64,000 bases of DNA from an uncultured Chthonomonadaceae bacterium (GTDB taxonomy: Bacteria > Armatimonadota > Chthonomonadetes > Chthonomonadales > Chthonomonadaceae), in the NCBI GenBank assembly GCA_963835065.1, contig CAWIEK010000050.1:128001-192000 (forward strand), written 5' to 3'. Position numbers and translations under genes: made by a program. A model generated the notes under the pieces. That model ran no database searches, was not told the DNA's origin, and saw nothing but the letters and a program-made list of their open reading frames with translations. Positions 44,334-53,600 of the stretch are shown here, one piece after another (position 1 is the first letter of the stretch; every line of letters starts with the position of its first letter).

Positions 44334-45698
44334 ATGAAATCGCCACACGCGGAGATGGATAATCCTGTTGTTGCTTTGATACGCTCGCGCCAGAGTTTGC
44401 AAGCCCACCCTGACAACGCGACGGCCTTGTTTGAGCAGGGCAACGCTTTGTGTCAGTTAGGGCAGTGGGAACAGGCGTTGGAAGCCTGGGAGCAGGTCAC
44501 GCATCTGGAACCCGACAACGCTTTTGCATATCTCAATCGGGGCATTGTGTATCTACAGCAGGAGCAGTGGCAAGAGGCCGAACACGCCTTTGCAGCCGCA
44601 ATTTCCCGCGCCCCGGAACAGGCGGAAGCGCATTTCGGGTTGGGCGTGGCGCTGGCGCAGCAGGGGAAATACGAGTCGGCTCACGCGGCCTGGCAGGATA
44701 CGCTGCGCCTGAATCCCATGCACCCGGAGGCCGGCGCCCATCTTTCCCTGCTGGCGCAGATGTCTTCAACAGAAGTGGAGTCCCTCAATGTCGGCTCCGC
44801 GCAAACGCTGCAATTGGATTGCGTGATTTCCCCGCCCGCTCCATCCGAACGCGACACTGCTGTAGAAGAATCCCGTATCAAACTGCCGCCCCTGATCGGC
44901 CCCAACCTGGACACGATTGCCGGGGCCGTTGTCGCCGCTCAGGAAGCGCGGGAACAAGCCGTTGCCCCACCGCGTCAGGAGACGACTGCGCCTGCCACTT
45001 CGGAGGAGGAGCGCCGGGAACCCACGCTGAAAATGGACAGCAAGGCGCTGAAGCGAGAACACGCTCGTCTTGCCGCTTCAGGCCGTTCCTCGTTTGAACG
45101 CAAGCCCCTGCCTGTCTGGCAACGCGCCCTGCTGATAACGGGGAGCGCGGTTGTTGCGGCGGCGCTTACGCTGTGGGCAATCATCCTGCGCATCCACGCG
45201 CCCGCAGAAGTGGACAAAACCGATACATCTTTATCCGCTTCCCCGGCAGCCCTCACAGCGCGGCCCAACATGGCTCCGACGCTGTTGCCGACGACAGAGC
45301 AAACACAAACGGCAGGAACGCAAACATCCGCGCCCGTTGCGTCTTCCAAGATTGCAGAACCGACGCTGATGGTTCCAGCCACTTCCGTTCGCGCGCCCCA
45401 TGCTCGTGGTGACGCCGCTGTTGGTGTTCGGGCGTCTGCCGTTCACCCGCCAACAGCGCGTGTCGTTGCGGATACCCCGGCTCCGCGCCGGAAAGCAGCC
45501 GTAAAGCCCACAAAACGGCTTGTCGTTGAAGAAGACACCTCTGCTTCCGCGCATCGCCGCCATACTTCGGACGCTCCCGCCACGCCCCACGCGCCGGTTC
45601 GTCACGCGCAAAATCGTGGAGACGAGGATACGTTCGCCACGCGCCGCCGTCCCGCTCACGCCGACAATGGGGACGAATGGACCGACCATATACCGTAA
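44334..45698 (+). CDS. TPR-repeat membrane-anchored protein
   Basis: Three N-terminal TPRs, one TM helix, Pro/Ala/Thr-rich tail. Confidence 0.8.
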   Translation: MKSPHAEMDNPVVALIRSRQSLQAHPDNATALFEQGNALCQLGQWEQALEAWEQVTHLEPDNAFAYLNRGIVYLQQEQWQEAEHAFAAAISRAPEQAEAHFGLGVALAQQGKYESAHAAWQDTLRLNPMHPEAGAHLSLLAQMSSTEVESLNVGSAQTLQLDCVISPPAPSERDTAVEESRIKLPPLIGPNLDTIAGAVVAAQEAREQAVAPPRQETTAPATSEEERREPTLKMDSKALKREHARLAASGRSSFERKPLPVWQRALLITGSAVVAAALTLWAIILRIHAPAEVDKTDTSLSASPAALTARPNMAPTLLPTTEQTQTAGTQTSAPVASSKIAEPTLMVPATSVRAPHARGDAAVGVRASAVHPPTARVVADTPAPRRKAAVKPTKRLVVEEDTSASAHRRHTSDAPATPHAPVRHAQNRGDEDTFATRRRPAHADNGDEWTDHIP

Positions 45699-45730
45699 TA
45701 AACGATTTGGCAAACGAAAACGATTAGCAA

Positions 45731-47322
45731 ATGCAAAGGAATGTACTCATGTTTACGAACAGGCTGTCTTCCCGCTCTTTATTCCGGCAGCTTCGGTCTT
45801 CACAAATCCGGCTTGCCTTCCTACTTTCTATCGGGCTGTCCATCGGAATAACCGTTGGGGGCGCGTTCAATTGTGGCGTGGCGCGGGCGCAGGAAACGCC
45901 CCGGAACGCGCAAAAACAAACTGCGCCTGCTTCACTTGGCCCCAATCTGCTGCCGAACGGCGATTTTGCGCGGGAAAGCGCTGCGTGGACATCGGAACTG
46001 ATGAACGGCAAGGCCAACGCCACGCTTGCCTGGCCTGCCGATGCGCCGCTGCCTGCGGGCGTGACGGGCAAAGTGGCTCGTTTTGAGGTAGAGGCCATAG
46101 ACAAAGAGCGCTGGCATGTGCAGTTTTACCAGAACGGCCTGAACTTGAACAACAACGAAACGTACACGGTTACGTTTTGGGCGCGTTCCGGTGAAAATCG
46201 CCTGCTTTCCATTTCCGCCAATGCGGATGAAGGGGATTACCACGCGCTGGGTCTGGACAATCGCCTTGCCATCAGCCCGCAGTGGCGCAAATACAGCCTG
46301 GCGTTCACCGCGCTTCACGCCCGCAAAAATCATGCGCGTTTGTGCTTCATACTCGGTGACGCCCTGGGGCGCGTGGAACTGGCGGACGTTCGGCTGCAGC
46401 AGGGCGCGGCAGACGCGCCACTCGGGTTCCAATCTGCTGCGCAACGCCGGGTTTTGAGCAGGGCATGGCTTCCTGGATGCCCCTGCTCGTGGAAGCGCCC
46501 GCGCAGGCCACTTTACAATTAACGGACGCGCCCCCCGCCAATGTGGGCGGCAAAGTGGCGCACCTTGCCGTGTCTCAGCCCGGAACTCAACTCTGGCATG
46601 CGTACTTCGGCCAGAGCGGTTTGAAACTGGAAGAAGGGCAGGCGTATACCCTGAGTTTCTGGGCCAAATCGGGTCAAAGCCGCTCCGTGACCGTTTATTC
46701 CGACATTGCGCAGGACGATTACCACCAGACCGGCCTGCGTCAAACAGTGGAATTGACGCCCAACTGGAACAGGTTTACGTTCGTGTTTACGCCTACCAAC
46801 ACGGGCAGCAGCGCGGCACGAATTATCTTTGCCGCCGGGGATGCGGTGGGCGATGTTGATGTGGCAGGCGTTACCTTGCAGCGTGGCGCTGCGCCGGCTG
46901 TCAAAAAGCCCGCGCCTTCCTCGGACACAGCCGCGGTTCGCGCCATTCTGAACGGCAAATCCACTGCGGACAAAACGCCGGGACGGGGCGATACGCGGGC
47001 GCACCGCTCCCATCCTCTCCTGGGAACGTGGCAGAGTTTTCATAAGGAGGAAGGGCTGACGGGCAAGGAGTACCAGCGCTACCGCTTTGTGTTTGAGGCG
47101 AATGGCAACGGCTCGCTGCAAGTGGCGACCATGTCCGCCGACCCTGCCGACCCGCCCAAATCGCAGCAAACTGAAGCCTTCAAATGGGACTTGATTGAGG
47201 GCGGCCCCCACATTTCCATCGGCGCGAACGTGTATACGTGGACGATTGACAAGGATGGCGCAAAGCAAAAATTAACGTTGAAGAACTACGAAGGTAAAAC
47301 CTATATCCTGTTCCGCCAGTAA
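45731..47322 (+). CDS. Secreted protein with tandem CBM4/9-like carbohydrate-binding domains, frameshift near 46425
   Basis: NLLPNGDF, WHVQFYQ and YTVTFWARS; second copy NLLRNAGF / WHAYFGQ / YTLSFWAKS in another frame. Confidence 0.75.
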
Positions 47323-47518
47323 AAACCGGTATGTAAAATGCTTGCTGTGAAACAGATTACCAGGCGATCAAATCTGCAAATTGCATGGGCGCGCGGCCTG
47401 CTTGCTTGTTGAGCCGAATACAGACGTTATGCAGCGCGGCTTTGGCACACAAGCGGGCATATAGCCACGAGTTGAAAACCCCTGGCGAAAATGTGTACGG
47501 CAGTGAAAGAGGTTCTTA

Positions 47519-47690
47519 GAGCCTATCCCGATAGGGCTTGTCCTTGCGTCTGAAAGACGCTTGCTTTGTCCGGACAGGGGGTGGCGCCCGTGTGGTTGCG
47601 ACCCCCTAGCAACCACACGGGCAGCTGGAATTGCGTCTGCAGACGACAGCCAAGAGTCGTTTTCAAAACCCGGCCAATTGGGATAGGCTC
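47519..47690. mobile_element. MITE, copy 2 (IS5-like ends)
   Basis: Same TIR GAGCCTATCCC/GGGATAGGCTC and same subterminal sequence as 5948..6040; TTA on both sides; longer interior. Confidence 0.75.
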
Positions 47691-48667
47691 TTAGTCGCGG
47701 GGCGGCGGGGGCGCGTCGGCGGGCGTGAGCGGGATGGGATGCAGCAGCCCGCGCTGAAAACTCCGCGATTCGGTAATGCGCAGGCGTTCGGGCAAAATAT
47801 AGGGGAACCGCAGCCCCTGCGAGGCTTCCGCCGGGTACGCGGAACCGGCGTACTGCACCGTGTACTTGCGGGCGGCGAAGCGTCCGAGCCGAACGCGATT
47901 TTGACAACGGGGGTTTTGGTTTCCGCAATGCCGTGCAGTACCGACCACTCAACCGGCCAGTTCAGCATCTCTTCCAGCCAGCCGATAACGTCCGCGTACC
48001 CCATGCTGCGTCCAAGCGCGAGATAAGCGTTTGCCTGCGCGCGGGTCGCGTCGCAATCGAAGCGGCAGGGCAGATGCGGCACAGCCCGCGCGCCCAATGA
48101 CCGCAGCAGGACATTACCCTGAAACGGGCCGGTGACGCGCCAGGTATCGGGCGCGATTGCTTCCTTTTGCGCCGTGTTTAGCGTCATCGGCCACGTCGGG
48201 TCCACAAACCGGTCACGATACCAGATTTGCTCGAAAAACGCATGGCAGCAGACCGGGCAGCCCACCATTCGCGCCACTTCCGCCCGATCCTCGCGCTGCC
48301 AGGCCGCCGCCAAATCCTCCACGTTTTCCAGCGCCCCCACCGCAATCCGGTAACGGAGCGGAGCCTCGCCCGTAGCGCGCGCCGCGTAGTGCGTTCCCCC
48401 ATCCAGCCCTTCCAGAATTCGCAGGTGCAGACGATGCCGCGTCACCTGTTCGCGCAGGCGTTCCAGTTCCCCCGCATAAACCACCACCCGCATACACGGA
48501 CGCAATCCTTCCGCAACCGACAGCAGTTCCCACTCCTGCCAGGCGGCGATAAGCCGATCCACGCGGGGCTGCCACACCTCCCGCGCCCGGTCGCTGACCC
48601 ACGAAAAGCGGGTAAAGTCCGGCAGGCGAAACTCAAGACGCTCCATAGTTCCCGTAAACGACTCCAT
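47691..48667 (-). CDS. Cys-motif accessory protein of the radical SAM cluster (DUF483-like motifs); apparent frameshift near 47875
   Basis: AAGGGGAG RBS; VGCPVCCHAFF and PHLPCRFDC; plausible C-terminus (KYTVQYAG...GLRFPY...) lies in the frame of ORF 47691..47948. Confidence 0.75.
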
Positions 48668-48764
48668 TTCCGCTCCCCTTCCGCCCATCAAAAGCACCGG
48701 CTACAAACCAACCCCCGAACACCGAACACCAAACACAAACACCTGAATACCCGAACACCCGCCT

Positions 48765-49940
48765 CTATCCGGCCTTGACCGCAACCGCCCGCATCGCTTC
48801 AAGCGTTTCTTCCATCGTGGGGTTACTGCCCCGGCCCCACGCTTCCAGCATCGCCCGTTCCAGGAATATCCGGTTGGGCTGCGCGGAAATCGGGAAACTG
48901 CCCCGATCCAGCAGGCGCTCTTCGACATGGCGAAACAGTTTTTTCCAGATGTCGCAATGTTCCGTGCGGTTGCGCCAATCGCCGTCAATGGCCGTGCCGG
49001 GACATTGCCCCTTGCACACGAGGAAAAAACGGCAGTCCTTGCACCCGCCATGCGCTTGGGGCGTGTGGTACAGCGCAATATAGCGTTCGTAGCCGGGGCG
49101 GGAGGCTTTGGTGAAATCAATGCCGTCCTTGTTGGTGCGCCCGCAATTGCTGCGCTGCCCGTTTCCCTCCACGCCCTGCACAGCCGCCGTCGTGTAAGCG
49201 TCGCAGGCCATCCACACGCACGTCGCCTGCCGATCCTTTCCCGCCAGCAGGCGCTCCATGTCGGAAAAAAGGTCGAAGCGCAAATGGGAAAGCGATGGCT
49301 CCATTTCGGCAAAATGCAGCAGCGCCCCGATGTTTTCCGGGACGTTCAGCGCGTACTTGCGGCGAATAATCTCGTTTTCCACTTCCAGAATGTGCAGACG
49401 GGCGCTCACGATGCCCATTTTGTCACATTCGCGGAACCACGCGGCCATGCGCGGCAGTTTGTCTTCCGTCGCATTGTTGCGGTGCAGCGTCACGATCAGG
49501 CTTGGCGGCGTTCCCTCTTCGCACAAACGCCGAATGGCCTGATGCGTTCTCGCGCTCGCTTCCCGCGTTTTCGCCAGATTACCGGCCCAGCGTACATCGT
49601 TGAGTTCGTCCGGGCCGTCTACCGAAATCCCGACGTGGACGTTGTACTTGTGGAACAGGCGAATATGGTTTTCCGTCACCAGGGTTCCGTTCGTCTGCAC
49701 GGAATTGGACCCGAACTTTTCCAGCCCCCACGCCCACAGTTCTTCCAGGTCATCATCGGGAATCAGCAGCGGCTCTCCGCCGAACAGGGTAAACGCGCCG
49801 CCGCTTTTCAAAACCGCCTGCTTCATCGCCTCCATATCATACGATTTGGTCAGATTGCCCGCGTCCCGCTGCGGATTCTGGTAGCAATACTGACACCCGA
49901 TATTACAGTTGACGCCCAACGGCCTCAGTTCAACGCCCAT
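48765..49940 (-). CDS. Radical SAM/SPASM-domain maturase
   Basis: GGAGA RBS; CNIGCQYCY, FGGEPLL, QTNG, ISVDG; C-terminal CVWMAC...NC...CKDCRFFLVCKGQC...HC. Confidence 0.93.
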   Translation of the reverse strand: MGVELRPLGVNCNIGCQYCYQNPQRDAGNLTKSYDMEAMKQAVLKSGGAFTLFGGEPLLIPDDDLEELWAWGLEKFGSNSVQTNGTLVTENHIRLFHKYNVHVGISVDGPDELNDVRWAGNLAKTREASARTHQAIRRLCEEGTPPSLIVTLHRNNATEDKLPRMAAWFRECDKMGIVSARLHILEVENEIIRRKYALNVPENIGALLHFAEMEPSLSHLRFDLFSDMERLLAGKDRQATCVWMACDAYTTAAVQGVEGNGQRSNCGRTNKDGIDFTKASRPGYERYIALYHTPQAHGGCKDCRFFLVCKGQCPGTAIDGDWRNRTEHCDIWKKLFRHVEERLLDRGSFPISAQPNRIFLERAMLEAWGRGSNPTMEETLEAMRAVAVKAG

Positions 49941-50053
49941 GATTGTCTCCAATCGCTTCAATGATGAGTGATGAGTGATGAGTGATGAATGAGGATGCCG
50001 TTCATCATTCATCACTCAGCATCCATCACTATCAACTATCAACTATTAACTGC

Positions 50054-50602
50054 TTAGATCGCCTTCGCCGGCACATCCACATGCGGCGTCGAGGTGTCTC
50101 CATGCGGGATGGCCGTGCCGTCCGTGTGCGGAATGGTTTTGGTGTCTATGTGGGGCAGCACCTGCGTGTCCGCGTGGGGAATGAGCGTAGAATCCACATG
50201 CGGTACCACCGGCGTGTCCACATGGGGGGTGATGGTGGTATCTACATGTGGAATGATCGTGGCGTCCGTGTGCGGCGTACCAACGTCGAAGTGCGGCTTG
50301 CCGGTATCCCAATGCGGGCGGCTATCCACATGCGCCCTGCCAAAGAAACTGGTGTCGTCGTGAGAGCCTGTGGAATCGGAATGGCCGCCGCCGCTGTCCG
50401 CGTGACTGGAAGCCGTATCCGTGTGTTTGGCAGCGGTGTCGGCGTGTTGGGCGGCAGCATCTACATGCGCCTTCTGCGGCGTATCCCCATGCTTGGAAGG
50501 CGTATCTACATGCTTTGGCGGCGTATCCACGTGCGGCGCAGCCGGGACATCGGCATGCTGCGAGGGCGTATCTATATGCTTGCCCGCCACATCTATATGC
50601 GG
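50054..50602 (-). repeat. Coding repeat: 24 His-x-Asp motifs, mostly 7-8 aa apart
   Basis: PHIDVAGKHIDTPSQHADVPAAPHVD...IPHGDTSTPHVDVPAKAI, counted by hand. Confidence 0.95.
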
Positions 50603-53600
50603 CGTCAGCAGGCCGCTGAACAGGGAACTGGCATTGTCCTTGATCTGCTTTTCCACGCGATCTCCCAGCGCTTTGATGTCGCGGGGAGACACGGACAGGG
50701 TGAAGGCGGGCATAGTCACTTTATGGCCCGACCAGACGAACTGGCCGCTGACGGAAGCGCTGAAGCCGGACGAGCCGAGATGCGTGTCGAGCTGCAGGCC
50801 GACGGAAGTATTCAGGGAAATGTTGGGAATGAGGGTGGTATGCGTCACCGGGTCCTGAATCGCGCCGGTATCCAAATTCAGCGGCAGGGAGATAAGCACC
50901 ATCCCGGAAAAGTCGTAGGCATTGCCCGTACGCTTTATGCTGAACACGGCGTGAACGCCCAGCCATTGCCCTTCGATGGTCGCGCTGTTGTTGGTAATCG
51001 TCACCATGGACTGCAGGATGTTGAAGTCCTGCAGGGCAACGCTTACCGCCGCCTGCAAATACAAGTTCCCCCTGTTGTCGAGCGTCATCAGGCCGTCCGC
51101 TTTCACTTTCAGCGGTGAGGAGTCCGGGAACAGATCGAGATGCCCCTGCATACGGAAGTGGGTGTCGTCCATTTCCAGGCTGGCCGTAAAGACGGTATGG
51201 TCTCCCACGCGCAGCAGGCTCGTTCCGCTGACCGCGAAAGCGGGGGAATTGTGGCTGATAACCACCTGCCCGCGCAAATCCGCCGAAAACAGACTGCCGA
51301 TGCTGCCGGCAACATGCAGCACGGTTCCGAAGCCGCCCGACGCGCCCGCCACCCCGAAGCGGCAGTCGAAGTCCAGCACGTTCGCCAGTTTCCAGCCGCC
51401 GCGCAGGAATAATACCATGCCCTCATCGTTGGGCGTGGGCGAGGGCGGCAGAACCTGAATAGTCGCGTTCAGGTCGTTGAAAGCGGCGGGAACCCGGTTC
51501 TTCGCCACCAGGTCGCGGAACTCTTTGGGCGTGGTGATAAGCCAGTCGGCGTAAATGCCTGACATAAAGCCGAACGCCAGCGTCTCCTGCCCGACGCGCT
51601 TTTCCAATGGCAGGCACTGTATCAGTTCGTTCAGGCTGAGAGTTTTCATCGCGTTCAGCAGATGCGCGAGGAGGCTGTACGCGGTATAGGGGGGCTGCAA
51701 GCCGGTCTGTGTGCCGAGCAGCTTGCCGCTGAGGTATTTGGGCAGTTGCAGGTAGTTCGGCCCGACCGTCAGAGAGAACGGAACCGCCGCCCCGAACGAA
51801 GCGTTGGGGTCGAGCAGATACGTTCGATCCGTGAAGAACTTTTCCACACTGGTGAAGAGCGCCAGCAGCTGCTTGAAGTCGGGAACCTGCGGTTTCGGGA
51901 ACTCCCAGTCCGTAACCACGCTCAAGCCTTCCAATCCGAGATATTCGTAGCGCAGATGCTCACAGAAGAGCGGAATGGGAATCGGGATCACGGTCTCGTA
52001 GAGTACAAGCACGAACAGGTTGTGCAGCGTGAGCGTGTTCACGAGCGCGTTGCTGTTAGGCAGAATCGGCAGTTTGTCCAGGGGCAGCGCGATGGCGGCG
52101 GCCATAGTGATTATGTCGAAGAAATCCAAAATGGCGTCTATCTTGACGGAAAGCGCTGCGCCGCCGAACAGTTCGCCAAGCGTGAGACTGTACAATTCGA
52201 TGCCCATGAGCTGCGGCAGCGGGCCGATAAAACACGATGTCAGGATTTTGATCGGCTTGTCGCCTTCCACCGCGATTTTGCCGCTGACGCGCCCGTCGTC
52301 CGTGACGGTAATATCGAACGTGAAGCCCTCCGGTATCTCAAAATCGAGGTAGGATTTGAAGCGGGTGGGCAGATGGTCCAGCCGGGACGCAATGGCGTCA
52401 AGCGCGGAAGTGAACTCTTTCGGCAGCGTAATGCCGGCTTTTTGCAGCAGTTTCAGCAGCGCGGCTGTGTTCAAATTGCCCTTGTCGTCGAACGCCTTTA
52501 TTTCTGCAAGGGGAATGCCGTTGGGCAGCGCGGAACCCAGCGCGTTCAGGTGGCAGGCATTCAGCAGCGACTTGATGGGCGTGAGCGGAATCTGGAGCGG
52601 AACGCTCGGATCAGCCTGCTCGAAGCCGCCCTGCGCGTTGAACTGCTTGCCGTCGTAACTGAAGACGGGAACCTCGAACTTGAACTTGCCGAAATCGCCG
52701 AAGTCCACGTAGCACCAGGTATTCGCGCCTTCAGTTTTGAACTGAAGGGCGAGGAAGGGGGAGGAAACGGCGCGAATGGAAAGCCCGTTTTTCACATCAG
52801 CCTCGACGCGCAGGCGCGTCACGGTGCTGTCATCACCTTTGCGGTACGTGTTGAAGACATTCACGGACGGCGTACCGTCGGATTTCGTGCCAAAGAGCGT
52901 GTTTGTCTGATCCGGGATGCCCACCCCGGCGTCCATGGAGAAACTGATGTCGCTGCCCAATTGCAGGGTAAAGTTGGCGGCTTCGACATTGCCCGTTCCC
53001 CATTTCAGATGCAGGCTGCCGACATTAGTATCGGGATACTTGATTTCCACGGGGCTGACCAGATGATCTATCGTCAGCGCCGCGCCCGCCGCGTCCGCTT
53101 TGAAATCCGCTTTGCACGGCGAGTTGGTGGCCGGGAAAAGCGACTGCAAGCCTTTGGGCATTTCCGTAAACCACAGGTCTACCTCCGCGTCAAAGGCCCA
53201 TTTGGTTTTGCCCCCGCTGTCGCGCGTCCCGGTCACGCCGACGGATTCCCATCCAAGATGAACGGAAGAGGGGGTGCTGGGAATGGGAATGGAAACGTCG
53301 GCATTAGTGGCTTTGAAAATGAGTCCTACAGTTTTGCCCTGATCGTACAACTGCACCGAACCTGTAACGGCAACGTTGGGATCGAAGTGGAGGCCGCCCG
53401 CGATGGTAACGTCCCAGGTATACGGGCTGGCGGAATCCAGGGCATGAGCGGTATCCGGCGTTTTGGTTTTGGCTTTAAGGGCTTTTTGAATGGTAATCGC
53501 CACGCTGTCCGCCGTCATGCCGCCGATGCCCGGCAGCGTGACAAGATCGCCCTTGCCGGTCTGCCCGGCGTCCAGCATAAACGTTCGCGCGTCCGCAGTG

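Noticed and set aside
48765..49940. Anaerobic sulfatase-maturating enzyme call
   Set aside because: The N-terminal motif is similar, but no sulfatase is adjacent and a repeat-bearing candidate substrate is directly upstream. Disfavoured, not excluded without an HMM search.
49941..50015. N-terminal extension MMNDERHPHSSLITHHSS on the radical SAM enzyme
   Set aside because: It is the translation of an intergenic heptamer repeat; the RBS supports a start at 49940.
50054..50602. HxD region as a CRISPR array or DNA microsatellite
   Set aside because: No identical DNA repeat with spacers; the periodicity is at amino-acid level inside an ORF.
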